A DNA stretch of 64,000 bases from Pseudovirgaria hyperparasitica (taxonomy: Eukaryota), in the NCBI GenBank assembly GCA_010093815.1, contig ML996575.1, one strand, 5' to 3'. The notes beneath the pieces were generated by a model. That model saw only the letters and a list, made by a program, of their open reading frames with translations, was not told the origin of the DNA and did no database searches. Made by a program: the position numbers and the translations under genes. Of this stretch, positions 33,107 to 48,100 are shown one piece after another; position 1 is the stretch's first letter; every line of letters starts with the position of its first letter.

Positions 33107-33488
33107 TCACGGACACAGCGATTGGAACTCATCCAAAGCCTCTATACACATATCAGTTCTCCTCTCGTTGAAACCACTCTCATCTGTCCTACGCTTATCA
33201 AACGACAGTGAAAGGGACTTGCGCTGCGCATCCTCCGCACTACATTCTGCCACAACACACGGCCCAGCGCTATCACCAACCGCTTCTTTATTGTCGCAAA
33301 TGCATTGGACGTCGTTGGACAGACAACCGACAGACGAAATTGCGGCAGCAACGCAGGGTTGCTGTTCCCATCAGTGAAAGAAAGTAAGAAACGGGGATAT
33401 AAAGACGTAAACATACCGCGCAGTTGGGAACTTGGGCAGCAACAGTAGCGACCAGGATGGCCAGAGTAGCGGGAAGTAAGAAGTGCAT
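33107..33488 (-). CDS. Small secreted CFEM-domain protein, about 81 aa, 3 exons
   Basis: MHFLLPATLAILVATVAA-QVPNCA|QPCVAAAISSVGCLSNDVQCICDNKEAVGDSAGPCVVAECSAEDAQ|QALDEFQSLCP*. Eight Cys in CFEM spacing. The second intron is GCAAGT..CTGAT..ATAG. Confidence 0.85.
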
Positions 33489-34188
33489 TGTATGTTCTAG
33501 GTCGAGGCTATGAATTTTAAGCCAAGGAAGAAGGTGAGGAATGATATGTTATGGTGTGTAACGAAACGTAGAGGTGTGGCATCATATATAGTCATCGCTC
33601 GCGGCGTATTTCAGCTCGAAAAAGGCAGAGATATTGAAACAGAGACATTCAAGCGCGTTAATGTCGTGTTTGCGGTCAGTAGAATAGGTTCTTGTAAGCG
33701 AAAGCGGCGATACGTAACCCAATCAAAAACATCAATAACAGATGTGGGCTCGGTATTTTGCACGACTTTGAAACCTCTCTAAGGAGCAAACTAAGACAAT
33801 GAAGTCATGGTGGTCCTCATTCGTGCGTGTATTGCTGAAAGTGGACTTGATAGGCACCAGTAAGCGATAGTGCTGACATTAGACAGGGGTCAATGTGATT
33901 GCCTGAAACGGCGGTTGGCGAGAATGCGATAAATTAAGCGAGCGAAAGCAATGCTGGTTTGTGTCTGAGAGCAGGAAGCGAGAATAGCATTTACTGTTCA
34001 AGGAGAGATCAAAGATTATGACGCCAGCTCACGAGTATTTTGTGTTTGTCAGGAAGTTTCTCGGGCGATAATACGGCTTGGCTATACGAGGCTGAATTCG
34101 GACTGTCGCCTGAAACCTGAAATTAACGGACTACAATAATTGACGGCGAATGATGCTCGAGTGTTACTATGGTTTATGTAGCATCGAA

Positions 34189-36054
34189 CTATGATCCCTG
34201 GGCAGCGATTCTGATGACCTCATTTTCTACCATCTCGAAACCAGTCAATGCATTTCCATATTGCTCAAAGACCCCTTCCGTGTAGCCATCCGCGACCCTT
34301 TTCACGAAATCCTCCTCTTTCCATCTCGCTTCTACGAAGTCCTCAAACGTCTCTCTTCCCTCCCTCCTGCATCCCCACACTGCCTTGTACGCACTGCCCA
34401 GAGCACATGCATTCCCCCCAATGTCCAACTTGAACACGCCTTCGGAGCCACCAAGCACCTCGCCCGCGATTTTGGCGATCGCGTCATTGTTGCTGCCACC
34501 GCCGACGAGGTACACACGGCGCGGCTGCGCGGGAAGGAGCTTTCCCGTCTCGGTTCGTTGTGGGTGTACGAGATTGTGTGAGCGTAGACGTAAAGAGAGG
34601 AACTGTGATTCCACAATAGCGCGGGCGTCGGCTGTGGCGCTGGGCCATGAGTCTGTACCAGGTTCTACAGGTTTTAGGTCCTTGGATGTAGAGTTCCAAA
34701 GATAACGCCAAGAACCGGCTTTCACATTCGGGACAATTTCAGGGCGAGGGAAGAATAGACCAATGCGAGCGTTATCCTTCGAGGAATCCTTCTGGCCAAG
34801 AGCAGGGGTGCTGAGGAGTGTTCTGTTGAACGCGGCCCATATGTTAGCGTCTTCTGAGGATTCGAGGTCATTAATGGCATCGCGGACGTGCTCACGGGCG
34901 AGGCCGCCATTCTTATAACACAGCATGAACATATAGAGACCGGCTGTAGCTGGGTGGTTCATGAAGTGATATGAGGGATCTGGCTGGTACTGCGGGGTAG
35001 ACATGAGGAAGGTAGTCGAGGTCCCCAGCGATACTATGGCATCAGAGGCCTGGAGAGGGAGAGCAAGAATGGTGGATGGGTTGTCGCCAGTGCAAACGAT
35101 GACGGCGCAGTCTTTGCGGAAGCCAAATCGGTGAACAAAGTAAGGCGAGATCGGTCCAAGCGTTTCGCCACCATCTTCAGGGACGGGGCCAAGCTTCTCC
35201 TTCAGTCCTTCCGACCCATCTTCACCAGCAACAAGAGCTAGGAGATCCTCCTGCCATCGGCCTTTGCTGACGTCCCACATGTTCATTCCGCCGACATCGC
35301 CAATGTCGATTGGCGCTATCTTTCCCATGAATATCGAAGCAATGAAAGAGGACACGAGGGATATGCGAGCAGTTTTCTTGTAGTGTTCAGGGTACTTGGT
35401 GCGGAAACGAAGAATTTGAGGTCCACTGAAGCGCTATCATGGATATCAGTAGTATGTTCGTTCCAGCCGTAGAACACTCACATGATGCGCCTTGCTACCA
35501 GTGACCATAGCCAGCCTTCCCGGGCTCCCTAGATGTAAATCGAATATCTCACATTGCTTCTGTGTGCTCGCATCTTGCCAATTTGGACTGTGTGGATGAC
35601 TAAAAACACCGCCAGCCTCATTGCTATGCTCCGGACCCATCTGCTCCACTAAAGTCTTCGCCGGATTTAGCGAGCTCATGATCTTCTCCGCATCTGTGCT
35701 CCAGAAAACAGTGCCATGCTGCATGCCAGCACCAGATATGCCTGCGATCCTCGAGAAGTCCAGTCCCTGCGCCTTTAGACGCTGAAGCACTAAGTCAAAG
35801 GCCTCAAGCCACATGTTATTCGGTGCGAATATCTCTCCCTCGGAGGGGTTGGTAAGAACGCCTTTAGTGATGCCATATTTTCTAAGGTCGGCATCGAAGT
35901 CGACTTTTGCTTCAAAGACGAGCTTGAGATCTGCCTTGACCACGATACCTGCATAGTTTGTCAGCGCTGTGCCCCAAGTTTGGGACCTTGTAAGCGCACC
36001 TTTGAGCTGTTGGGTACTCAGGTCGAATCCCAAGAATAGATCATTGTCAGCCAT
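34189..36054 (-). CDS. XKS1: D-xylulose kinase (FGGY family), 3 exons
   Basis: [72 protein letters not shown]. Confidence 0.95.
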
Positions 36055-37152
36055 TATCGATATGGGTAGGGCATGTAAATCGTCCAAGCATATGTAGGAC
36101 AGAACATGGGATCAGTTCAAAGTAGAAGAGAATGATCGAAGGGCGCATTACGTTCAATTGGGCCAATAATTAATTGGGCGCAAGTTGAGACGCGGTGTAA
36201 GGTGGCAGGAGCTCCCCGGCGGGTTCAAAGAAGTGGGGCTTAGTGTCAACTGCTTGTAACGTCAGGGTCCAGCGTGGTAGCGTTGCGCCAAGCCTCGTGG
36301 GATGATATTACCCGGTGTCCCAATCATCTATCAGCCTATACCTGTTCTCGCGTTTGGCTTAGATCGCCAGGCTCGTCGACACATTCATTTTTGTTGGAAT
36401 ATTCAAGGCATCCTTATTAAGTTTAAGTTACAACCTACTAACCTTAGCCTCTTAACCAAGATAATACAATGATAATCTAAGATTCATTAACTATATTATA
36501 AGAGAAACGGAGACGTAATTAAGGTCATTAAATATATTCTATAATTATATAAAGAACTAAGTTCTAGGAGATAGAGTCGAAGCTATTTAACCGTTTAGAC
36601 ACTAGTTCTATTTAGAAAATAGTATCTCTTACTTAAAGTACCTTCTAATAATACTCCCCTATACTAGATATATATATATATTTAGTAATATTAGAATAAA
36701 GGAAAGCTTAAAGTAAGTAATAGTAAGAGATAGTACTAGAAGAATAAAGGAGAGATATAACTATAAGAGAAATAACTCTACTATAAACTAATTATTATCT
36801 TTATTTAATCTAGTAGTAGTAAGGGTAGTCCTTTTATTTCTATATTAGTAATATTATTATAACTTATAATATACTATATAGATATAACTCTATTAGTAAA
36901 TAATTCTTAAATTATATAATAGTATATCGTGATATATTTAGACTATACTATAATTTACTAGTTTTAGATAAGGGCTATAGTAGCTTAATTATCTATAAGA
37001 AGATAGAGAACTAGAATATTATAACTTATAAAGATCTCTTTTATATCTAGTAGAGCCTACTATAAGTAACTTATAGTCTTTAAGTAGACTATATACTCTA
37101 CTTCGTAGGTTGACTTAGTAATATATAATTACCTTTTACTATTCTAGACTAT

Positions 37153-40100
37153 TATAATAAACCTTCCTAGATAAGGGTGCGGCTTATCCCTAAAGTAGTC
37201 CGTTCTATAGAGTATTCTAGCTTTTCTAAAGGTAAAGAGTACTTAGAAGGCTCTAAGAGATATAAGTAGGTTTATAGTAAGTATTAATAGAGTATAAATA
37301 GTAACTAGCTAGTAGGCGAGTAAAGTAGTAATTATATTAGTATAAGTTTAAATTAATTACTATAGAACTATCTCTTAAGGTCAGGTCTAAAGGGTCTATA
37401 TAGTTCTACTAAGGTCCTCTAATCGGAATACTTATTCTAAGCGTTTAGTATATTACTTAGAATACTAATATTCTATTTCTAATTACTATATAGATTACTT
37501 AGAATACCTATTCTAAGTATCTATAATTAGCTCTTCCTATAGGTATCTATCTCGGCCTTAGGTTATTACCTAAGACTATCTATTATATTATAGGTATCTC
37601 TTCTACGTACTATACTACCTCTTATACTACTCGTGCTAGAGTCTACGTATCCTTCTATAGCTCTAGCTAGTAATTTATTATATAATGCCCCTTCTAAGGT
37701 ACTTCGTCCCGAAGTACTTTCGTAGTTACTTATAAGTAGAGGGTTATCCTAATTTTCTTTAGTAAGGAACCCTTCTTCTTTTTCTTCCGTTATACCTAGA
37801 GTTATAAAATTAGTTAAGTCTTCTAAATCTAATCCGGCGAAATAGAGAGTTACTTTATCTATTTTAATTAATTATAAAGGTAATAAAATACCTTTCCCTT
37901 ACTTATTCTATAAGAAATATAGTTTAACTTATAGAGCGGTATTCGTAAAGTCTAATAAGTGTTTAGAGTATATTTGGCGGGGTCGCTCGGTAAGTAAGTA
38001 TAGGATTAAGGCTTTAAGTAAATTATCTTATAAGTTCCCTTTCCTCTTATTAGGGCTAGTAAGTAATATTTCTAGATAAGAAGGTTTATTCTAAAAAGAC
38101 TTATCTTAAGTTAGAGAAAGAATATACGGCCGCTACTTAGCGAAAAGCTTAGTAGAACGCTTAGACCGCCTTTACGCGTCTAGAGCGTCTAGAGAAATAG
38201 TAGAAGCTATTAGAGTATCGTTAAAATAATATACTTTATTAGAATCTATTAGTAATAGACCTTAAGGAGGAGAAGGAGCGATTTAAATAATAACGGAGAG
38301 TTACCGTTAAGGAGGTTCCGAATCCTCCCTTAGGTTTTAATAATTCTTAGCTTAGTATAGAGGACTAGGCGAATCTAGGTTTATTTAATAGAACTTCTAT
38401 AATAGTTACTAGTAGTTCATTAAATATTCCCTAGGTTCCTAAGTATTTAATTCGTATCCATAGCTCTTCTATTTAATTAGGTATTCTAGTATTTTATTAC
38501 TAATTCTAGATTCTAGAATTCTTTTAACTTCGAATTCTTCGTCTATAGCTTTAATATTAGTTTTAATTTTTATATTATATAGTGCTGGTTCTAGTAACGA
38601 GATATAAAATACTAGGTATATCCTTATATTCTAAGGTAAGAATAGTTTATAATTAACTTCTAAAATTTTTCGTTTTATTCGGAAAGGTCTAATCTTTTTA
38701 AAGTCTAGTTTACTATTTAGTCGTTATATCTTAATATTTTTCCGTATAAGGAATACTAGGTCTCCCCCCCTTAGGGATAGTCCCTTTATTCTCTTTTAAT
38801 TTATATATTTTACTATTCTTTTATTTATAAAAGAAAGTTCGGTCTATAGCTCCGAGTATAGCTTATATAGCTATTCTACCTTAATCTTTACTTTCGGTAT
38901 AGACTATTCTAGTCTATAATTATAGCTAGCTATAGAGTTAAATCCGTAGTTCGTGTAGAACGGTAAGGTTTTAGTTATTAAGGTTATCACGCTATTATAG
39001 GCGAATTAAGCTAGTAGTAGTAGTTCTATCTAATTATCTTATTATTTATTAATATAGTATTAGAGGTATTATTCTAGTATCCTATTTAGAATCTCTATTT
39101 ATCTATCTATCTATAGATAATAGGCTATCGATAGTTAGTAGTTCGTTCTAAGCTATTATACTAGGCTTTTCTAAAAGTTTAATATAAAGAGCTTATCTCT
39201 ATTAGATATAATACTATTAGATAAACTATAGTTCGCTATAACCACCTATAGAAATACATAGGCTATTTCTTCTACATCTATATCTTTCTAATAGGGTATA
39301 AAGTAGGCGTACTTCGTAAGCTTATTAACTACTACTAGTATAGCATTATACTATACTCGCAAAACTAGTTCCCTTAAGAGTAGTAGATCTATTATAAAAT
39401 CTATAGAGATTATTTCCTAAGCACATAATAGTAGGGGAATTAGTTAGAGTTCTCCATATAGTTTATATCTATTAGATTAGCTTTTATTATATAAGATATA
39501 GTCTTATATAACTTCCTTAATAACTTATCTTTCCTTATAAGTTATATAGTATCTCTTAAATCTTTTATAAGTTTTTATTTCTCTTTAATATACGTGTATT
39601 AGATCTTCATAGAATTCTTTAATAAAATAGTAGACCTCGTCCCTTAGGATTATACTCCTTCCCTTAGGGTCCTTAAATATAAATTCTTTCCGTGTTACTA
39701 TAATATATCGCGTTAGTCTAAGGTTTCTATCTTTAGTAATCTCTAATATAGTCTATTCTATAGTAGGTTCTTTTTACTCGTATTCCGCTTATTAGCTAAG
39801 GGCGTTAGCTCTTCCGTTTTCGGATCCTTTATAGTATATAATTTAGATATTAAATTCTATAAGAAGCTCGTACTAACTAATTTATTTCTTTTAGAGTTCT
39901 TTCGTGGTAGTAAAGGTAGTTAGGTTTTTATAGTTAGTATATATCTTTACTATATAGCCTAATCTATAGAGGTAGCTTCTCTATTTCTTAAGGTATTTAA
40001 TAATAGTATAGAGTTCTTTTTTATAGATTAGCTAGTTTATTTCTAACTCTCGGAACTTTCGGGAGTAAAATACTATAGAGTATCTTTTCCCTTATTTATC

Positions 40101-43100
40101 TATCTAGGTTAACTACCCTCCGATAGTAAATTCTAATATATCTATCTCGACTTTATAGGGTTTTCCTATTTAATATATCTTTAATATAGGTTTAGTTATA
40201 ATAGACTCTTTTAATTATTAAAATACTTATTCTTACTTTAGTCTCTATTTAAATATTATATTTTTCTTTATAAGCTTATATAGTAGGGCCGTTTTCATAG
40301 AATAGTTATATATAAATTTTCTATAAAAGTTCGTGAATCTAGTGAATCCTTAGATTTCCTTAACTATCTTAGGTTACTTCTAGTTTTTAATAGCCTTAAC
40401 TTTCTTTAGGTCTATTTATATTTCTCTAGGTATAATCTTAAATTCTAAAAATATAACTTTCTATATATAGAAGATACTCTTCTTTAACTCTACTAGTAGA
40501 TTTACTATCTATAATTTCTAAAGTACCTTATATACGTGTTCTCTATACTCTAATAGGTTTCTTAAATAAATTAATATATCGTCTAGGTAGACGATTATAA
40601 AGTAGTTAAGGTATTCTTATAGCACGTTATTAATTAGTACTTAGAATATAGCTAGTATATTAGTTAGTCTAAATAGTATTACTAGATATTTATAGTAGCC
40701 GTATTAAGTCCGAAAAGCTATTTTCTATTTATCTTCTTCTACTATATATATAAGGTTATAGACTCCTTATAAGTCTATTATAGTAAAGTACTAAGCTTCT
40801 ATAAGTTAGTTCTATAATTTATTAATTTAGAGTAGAGAGTATCTATTTTTAATAGTAATATTATTTAAGTATTAATAGTCTATATAGGGTCGTTCACTCC
40901 TATCTTTCTTTAGTATAAAGAGTATTAGATATCCGGTAGGTGATTTAGAGGGTTAGATATATCCCTTTACTTCTATTTTTTTAATATATTATCGCGTTAT
41001 CTCTAGTTATTTTTTAGTAAGTTAGTATATACTTTTTAACGTGGGTACTATTCCTAGTTAGAGTATTATTATATAATTATACGGCCTACGCTTTAGTAGT
41101 CCCGTCTTAAGTTCTTCTTTAAAGATAATATAGTATTAGTAGTATTCCTTTAGTACGAGTACGTCGTTTATTTTTTAAATCTATTTATTTATGGGCGTGC
41201 CTTATTATACTATATATTTCTTATATAAGGGTCTACTCTTTACGTTACCTTACTTATCGTTAAGCTTCCGAATATAGTAAATAGACTTTCTAGTTATTAG
41301 CGCCTTCACGGGTTTATTAATCTCTACTTCTTCTTTAATAGTTTCTAAGGGTCTTAATATTCTCTAGGGTATAATTTCCTTAGTTTTCTAGTTAATTATA
41401 GGATTAACTTCTTTAAGCTATAGTATTCCTAGGATTAAGTTATATTATTCTAGTTCCGCTATATCTAGTCGTAATTACTAGTATCCTACTATTAAGACTA
41501 AATCTAGGGGTTCTATTTCTAAGTATACTATTCTATTAGTATATTCTATATCGAGTCCTTTAAACGTAGATAGCTTCTATAGTTCTTCTTTACTATTATA
41601 AGGTATTTTTAGTTTATCTACTATATTTAGAGAGATAAAATTAGACTATACTCCGCTATTAATTAGTACTTTAATAGAGTATCTTTAATAGAGCTAAATT
41701 TTAAGAGATATTTATGTTTCGTTATCTAAGCTACTAATAGATATAAGAGATTTTCTTTTTAGCTTAGCTACTTCTCTTAGTACGTCTAGTCTTCCTAGTT
41801 TTTTTATAGCTTACTAAGTTCTTATTCCGTTTCTTATATAAGTTAGATTATAGATTAAACTCGTTTCTTGATTTCGCCTAAGTCTACTTAAAGGTTATAC
41901 TATATAATAGTCTTAGATATTAAATAGATTCGGCACGTAACGTCCGGGCATTAGGTATATCGGTTCTCTAGATAAATTTCGTTTTCTACCCGTTTTAATA
42001 TAAAGTAGTTTTTATTAGCTTCCTTAGTAATTATTTTATACTATTATATATCTTCGTCTCTAAAGGCTTTTAGAATCGCTTGGTTTTAATACTATTATAG
42101 AAACTATTTCTAGGTTCGCTTCTTATAGAGGTGGCGAAGATAGTTATTATAGATATAAGTAACCTAGGAAGTCTTACCGTGTTCCTTGTGGTAGGGTAAA
42201 ATAAGTTAGTTATCTTCTAATTAGATTTCCGCGTCTCTCCTAGGTAGATCTCTATTATCCTTATCTATATACTTTCCGTAGTAATAGATAATATAGTAAG
42301 TAATAGGGTCTTATATTATTATTAACTTATTATATAGTTCCTCTATAGTAAGGGTTTCTTCCTCGCTATCTTCTTTTATAGTACTTCCTTTAATTATTAC
42401 TTCTTTAGATACTATTTCTTTAGTTAGTTTAGATCTTCTTATTACTTCTAAGTGTTTCTATAGTTCTACTTTTTCGTGAAGCGATAGGGGTTATTTACTA
42501 GCTATTAAGGCGTTTCTTTTCTTTAGATACTACTCTATACTATCTTTCTCTAACTTATATATAAAATAGAGGTTATTAGTATAACTAGTCTATAATATAG
42601 CTATATAAGGTACTTCTTTCTTTTCTATAGCGAAGTTCCCTTATCTTAGTACCGGGTCTTTAATCTAGTTTTTCTTATTCTTATTTTTCGGGTATTCTCG
42701 TACGTAGTACCCCTTTTCCTTATAGTAGAGATACTTATCTTTCTTCTTTAGTTACTCCTTTTCTTTATTAGATAGACGTTTTATCTATAAGGCGCTAAGT
42801 TCTATAGGTGCGGGTCCGTTATAGAATCTCTTATATAAGTAGTTTAGGGCTTTATTAACGTAGCCCCTCCTTATATCTTATTTAAGTATAGGTTAAAAGA
42901 TCTTCTTCCCTCTTTTCTTATAGTATCTCTTATATAGTTAGTTATTAATCTAGACTATAAGCTTAATATACTCCTAGAGATTAGTAGAACGGTCTCTCTC
43001 TCTAGAGATTTCGTTCTTAATATCGTTATATAATCTAGTATAGAACTAGAGGATTAGGGGTTTATCATCCTATCCTAGCTAACTAGAGATTTATTAGAAT

Positions 43101-44192
43101 TTAGAGGTGTAGTTAGACGCGGATTTCGTTTAGACTATTTACTAGATTTATCTCTTAGCTATCCTTTATTTATCTATATCTCTAAAGGTTATTTTAATAT
43201 ATTCCTTAAATTCTTCGAAACGTTTAAAGATCTTAGTAGTATTATTCTATTAATCCTACGGATTATTTTCTATAAAGTCCCTTAAGTAGGGCTTAAACCA
43301 CGCGAGTGCGTCTCCCTTTAGTAGTCTAGTAGTAAATATAACTTATTTCTCTAGGTTCTAAATTTAATAGGCCTAAAGGTATATTCTAATCTATATTAGG
43401 AATCCTTAGAGTTTACTTTACTTACCTTTAAAAGGTTCTAGGATTTTTCTTTTAAAGCCCTCTTTAGCTTTTCTAAGTTTAACGTTTTCCCTCCGGAGCT
43501 CTATAACTTACTCTCCTAGTTCTATAATAAGATATCTAACTTATTCTATAGTTAGTACTTATAGGGCGGTTTGTAAAGATAAGGATTATCCGTCGTTTAC
43601 TATTTTACGTTTAAATAGATAGCGTGAATACTTACTTTAGAGTCTAAGACGAGTAATTAAACTATAATAAACCTTCCTAGATAAGGGTGCGGCTTATCTC
43701 TAAAGTAGTCCGTTCTATAGAGTATTCCGGCTTTCCTAAAGATAAAGGGTACTTAGAAGGCTCTAAGAGATACGAGTAGGTTTATAGTAAGTATTAATAG
43801 GGTATAAATAGTAACTAGCTAGTAGGCGAGTAAAGTAGTAATTATATTAGTATAAGTTTAAATTAATTACTATAGAACTATCTCTCGAGGTCGGGTCTAA
43901 AGGGTCTATATAGTTCTACTAAGGTCCTCTAATTAGAATACTTATTCTAAGCGTTTAGTGCGTTACTTAGAATACTAATATTCTATTCCTAATTACTATA
44001 TAGGTTACTTAGAATACCTATTCTAAGTATCTATGATTAGCTCTTCGTATAGGTGTCTATCTCGGCCTTAGGTTACTATCTAAGGCTATCTATTATATTA
44101 TAGGCACCTCTTCTACGTGCTATACTACCTCTTACGCTACTCGTGCTAGAGTCTATATATTCTTCTATGGCTCTAGCTAGTGATTTATTATA
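37153..44192 (-). mobile_element. RIP-degraded Ty3/gypsy LTR retrotransposon 1 (7040 bp), nested in the copia
   Basis: 530-bp LTRs at 37153-37682 and 43663-44192, TSD ACTAT/GCTAT, and PPT AGAAGGGG. Minus-strand RT relics GYI*PSKSP..KKD near 40950 and VYLDDILIY near 40580, with gag-PR-RT-RH-INT order. Confidence 0.92.
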
Positions 44193-45197
44193 GCTATTAA
44201 GCTTCTATTTAATTAAAGTATATATATAGAGATAGACTTTATAGTATTAGGGTCTAAACCCTAAGAAGTATCTAAGAATATATTAATTTCTATTATACCT
44301 TTAGATTTCTTTAGTATAAGGCATTAGTTAATAGTATACTTAATATATTATAATATACTAAAGGCTATTTAAGTATATTATTCTAATAGATTTATATTAA
44401 AAGTAGTATATATTCTAACTATAAAGGTAAGATCTAGATATATACTAGTGATAAGATAATTAAGTAATCTAATTAGTTATATATATATAAGCTAGTATTC
44501 TTAATTAATAATTTCTTCTAATCTTATTAGAAAGGTATTTATATTAACTAGAGTCTTTCTACTATTATAATCTATTATACTAAACCTTTTTAGAATATAT
44601 TAAGAGTAAGCCTTTTAAGAAAGCTTAATTTAGTCTTCTTAAGATTAATTAATCTTAATACCTAATATTAAGCGCGCTTCTCTAAGATCTTTATATTTTA
44701 TATATTTTATAATCTATTACTTAAAGTATTAAATATAAGGTTTCTCCTCTATAAGTAGTAGATTATTAATATATATAGTAATAATAATATATCTAATAAA
44801 GATATATAGATTAAACTATAACTATTAGAATTTAAGAGATTAAATGAGGTTATATAAGGTATAAAACTATTTCTAACTAGATTATTTTAATCTATAAATT
44901 ACCTTTTAGAGCTTAAGAATCTTATCTAGTTTTTTAAATCCTAGCGGGTGCCTTATATAGATATTTTTAGATAGACTACTATTTAGATAGATAGTATTAA
45001 AATTAATCTAGTAAATATACTTACTATATTATATAGTCTATTAGAGTATAATATAAAGAGAATTATACTTAATAATAGATATAAAAGTTTTATTATAATT
45101 AAGACTATATTTCTACGTAAAGCCCTATATAATAAGATATACCTTATAAACTTTAGTATTATCTATAGTAGTCTTAATATTAAATACCTATCTAGAG

Positions 45198-48100
45198 TAT
45201 TATAGCTATAGTAGTAGCATATACCATGTATAATTAATGTAGGTAGTTGCGAACCGGTCGTTTATATAAATATAACTAACCGGATACGTATATAGAAAAT
45301 AGTATACTTTATAACTAATATAACTTAACTTATTAATAATCTTAATAAAGTAGTAGCTAAAAGCTAGTACCTACTAGTTTATATACTTCGAATACTAAGT
45401 CCTCTTTACTAGGCTATCTTAGTCGATATAGTAATAATAGAATAATCGCTAGTTTAAGCGACCTCCTTCTTACTATACCACCTATACTAACTACTTTATT
45501 ATAGGCTAGTAAAACGTCCTCCTTCTAGTATACGGTATAAGTAGAATAGACTCGTCGTATTACTATAAACTTAACTCTCTAGAGCTCGAGAACGCTCTAT
45601 TTACCGGTTACGAAACTATATATAGATCGAACTAGGTATCTATAACTCTATCGCTTCTATATCTTACTATTTAGCTTAAAAGTTTTCCGTTATACGCCGG
45701 ACGCTAGCGATTTTATATTTCCTATACTCTTACTAGCCGCTTATAATAATAGCTTATATCGCTACTAGAGGACTTAGTTCTCCTAGGGTATTAACTATTT
45801 AGTTATAGATAAGTTAATCGATAGGCGTTTAGAAATCTACTACTACTTAAGATAGTACTTAATCGTCTTATTACTAACTATCTACCGCCCTCTACTCTAG
45901 AATGTTCCTTACGAAGTAGAAGGCTAGCTACCGAGCCTTTTCTACCGTAGTAGTTAATAAATCGCCTAGCGTTATAAGAGACGTATAACTCGTTCCTAAA
46001 TAACCCGTTAATTCAAGCTTAGTACCCTTTAACTACTAGGCTTTCTAGGGCTTTCTTAAGCTCGTCGGACTCGGTTAATTATATAGTAAGCTCTAGCATA
46101 GACGCTACTATATCCGACTACCCTAAACGTGCTAGCACTTTAGTAGAATATACTATACTACGTTAGATAGATATAGACGCCGGTAATAGCGGCACGCTAG
46201 CTAGGGCCCTAACGACTAATAATAGGGACTTTACGGCAAGGTAGTAAGCTATAATTATAGCTATAATCTAGTAGACTCTTACTTAGTAGGCGGGTAGTTC
46301 ACGAGATAACGACTAAAACCTAATAGATAGCGGTAAAAATCTACTATTTAACGATAACGAAGACGGTCGAGGGTTTAGAATATAAGAAATTAGATTCTTC
46401 TAACCCGACTTAGATTATAGCTTCGGAGACGGAGATATTATTTTTACCGGTTAGAACACGTATATATATAGCGTGTATATTTTCCTTAACCGGATTAAAG
46501 ACGCTACTACGGCTAGAGGAACCGAAACTATTAAGTTAAAAATCTCTTAGTATCTATAAGGATATGCCCTCGAGTGGTTTATATTAGGTTTATCTAATCT
46601 TAAGAAGGAGGCGCTCCGTTACTTACCTAGTTTAGACGCCTAGACTACGGCCTTAATTAAGTAGTTTAAGTAGCTATTATCCGACGCTCTATTATCCCTT
46701 ATAACGCGAAGATATACTCTCTAATAGACCCGCTCCCAAACCGACGTCGCTTTATATATATATACTATAGCTCACGACTATAGTGCCGTATAATTATTAG
46801 GCCCTTCTAGCTAAAACGCTTAGATATTTACATAGAACGGTATTAACATCCTCCTTTACTAGGGTCTACCTCTACTAATAGAATCTACGTCTCTAGTCTA
46901 ATTTATATAAACTCTATAGATAAAACGCAAAGAATAGTACTAACTCGCCTACTATTACCTCGGGGGTACGTAGCGCGATACTTTAAGTTAATTTACTTAA
47001 TAAGGAAGAGGAGATAGTTAATATAACGGCTCTTATCGCTATAACTTACCTTAACTATTTAGTAACTCTTAAGACTAGGGCTAGCCTAATAGCCGTTATC
47101 TTATAACTAATTAACCCGATTAACGCTATAACTCGTACTAGCCCCGCCCTCTATAATAGTTCTAATAAGGGTTAGAAGGTTTAGATAAAGGCGGTCGAAA
47201 GGCATTAGCTAACGCACGTTAGCTACTAGCTATAACTAGCGCTTCTATAGGTTATTCTACCGGTTCTAGAACGACTAATAAGCTCTATACTAGCTAGCCT
47301 CGGTCTCTCGGTAATAATAGACGATTTACCTAACCGCTACGACCGTTCTACTAGGCGTATAATATTTAGAAAGAATTATATAACCTAGACGTTAAAGATA
47401 CTTACTATACGGGGGTCGAAGAAGCTTTCTTCTACCTTAGGCTAACTAATATAGATACTATTAAACTCATATAGTTTAGTGACGAAACCGGCCTCGCTAG
47501 CCTTAACCCGCCGCCTAGCGATATTGACGAGAGTCTACCTTCGTAGTTTATAGCGTGCTAAGTAACTAATGCACGTCTAGTACGCTAGATCTAATATAAC
47601 GTTTATAACGAGGTATTTCTATCGCGAAATAAGCTATTTAAGTACCTTAAGAATAGAAAGTACCTTAAGACGATAGTAAAGGCTAAGGTTCCCCTACGTA
47701 ATCGTATAGTCCTAAGATCGGACGTCGTATATTATAATATCTAGGGTAATATAGTACTATTATTAGTTAGTAATCTACTAGGCACCGGCTAAGCGTATAA
47801 AGGATCGTATTATATCTAAGTCGAGGCCTCGCTTAGTCTTAACGGCCCCATTGAATATATCTACCTAGATATAGGAAGCGTGGTAATACTAATCGACTAA
47901 GCCTTTCTTAAATAGTAGAACTCTAATACCTAAATACTTATCTAACTAGCTATTTCTATTTAAGGAGTAGAGGGAGTTAAGTCTATAAAGTCGACCGAGT
48001 TCGCGGTTATTATACTATTTCTCCTAGGCCGAACGTCCGACGGTTCGACCGCTATAATTATAAAAGTAATATACGAAGTATATATCCTTAACTATCTATA

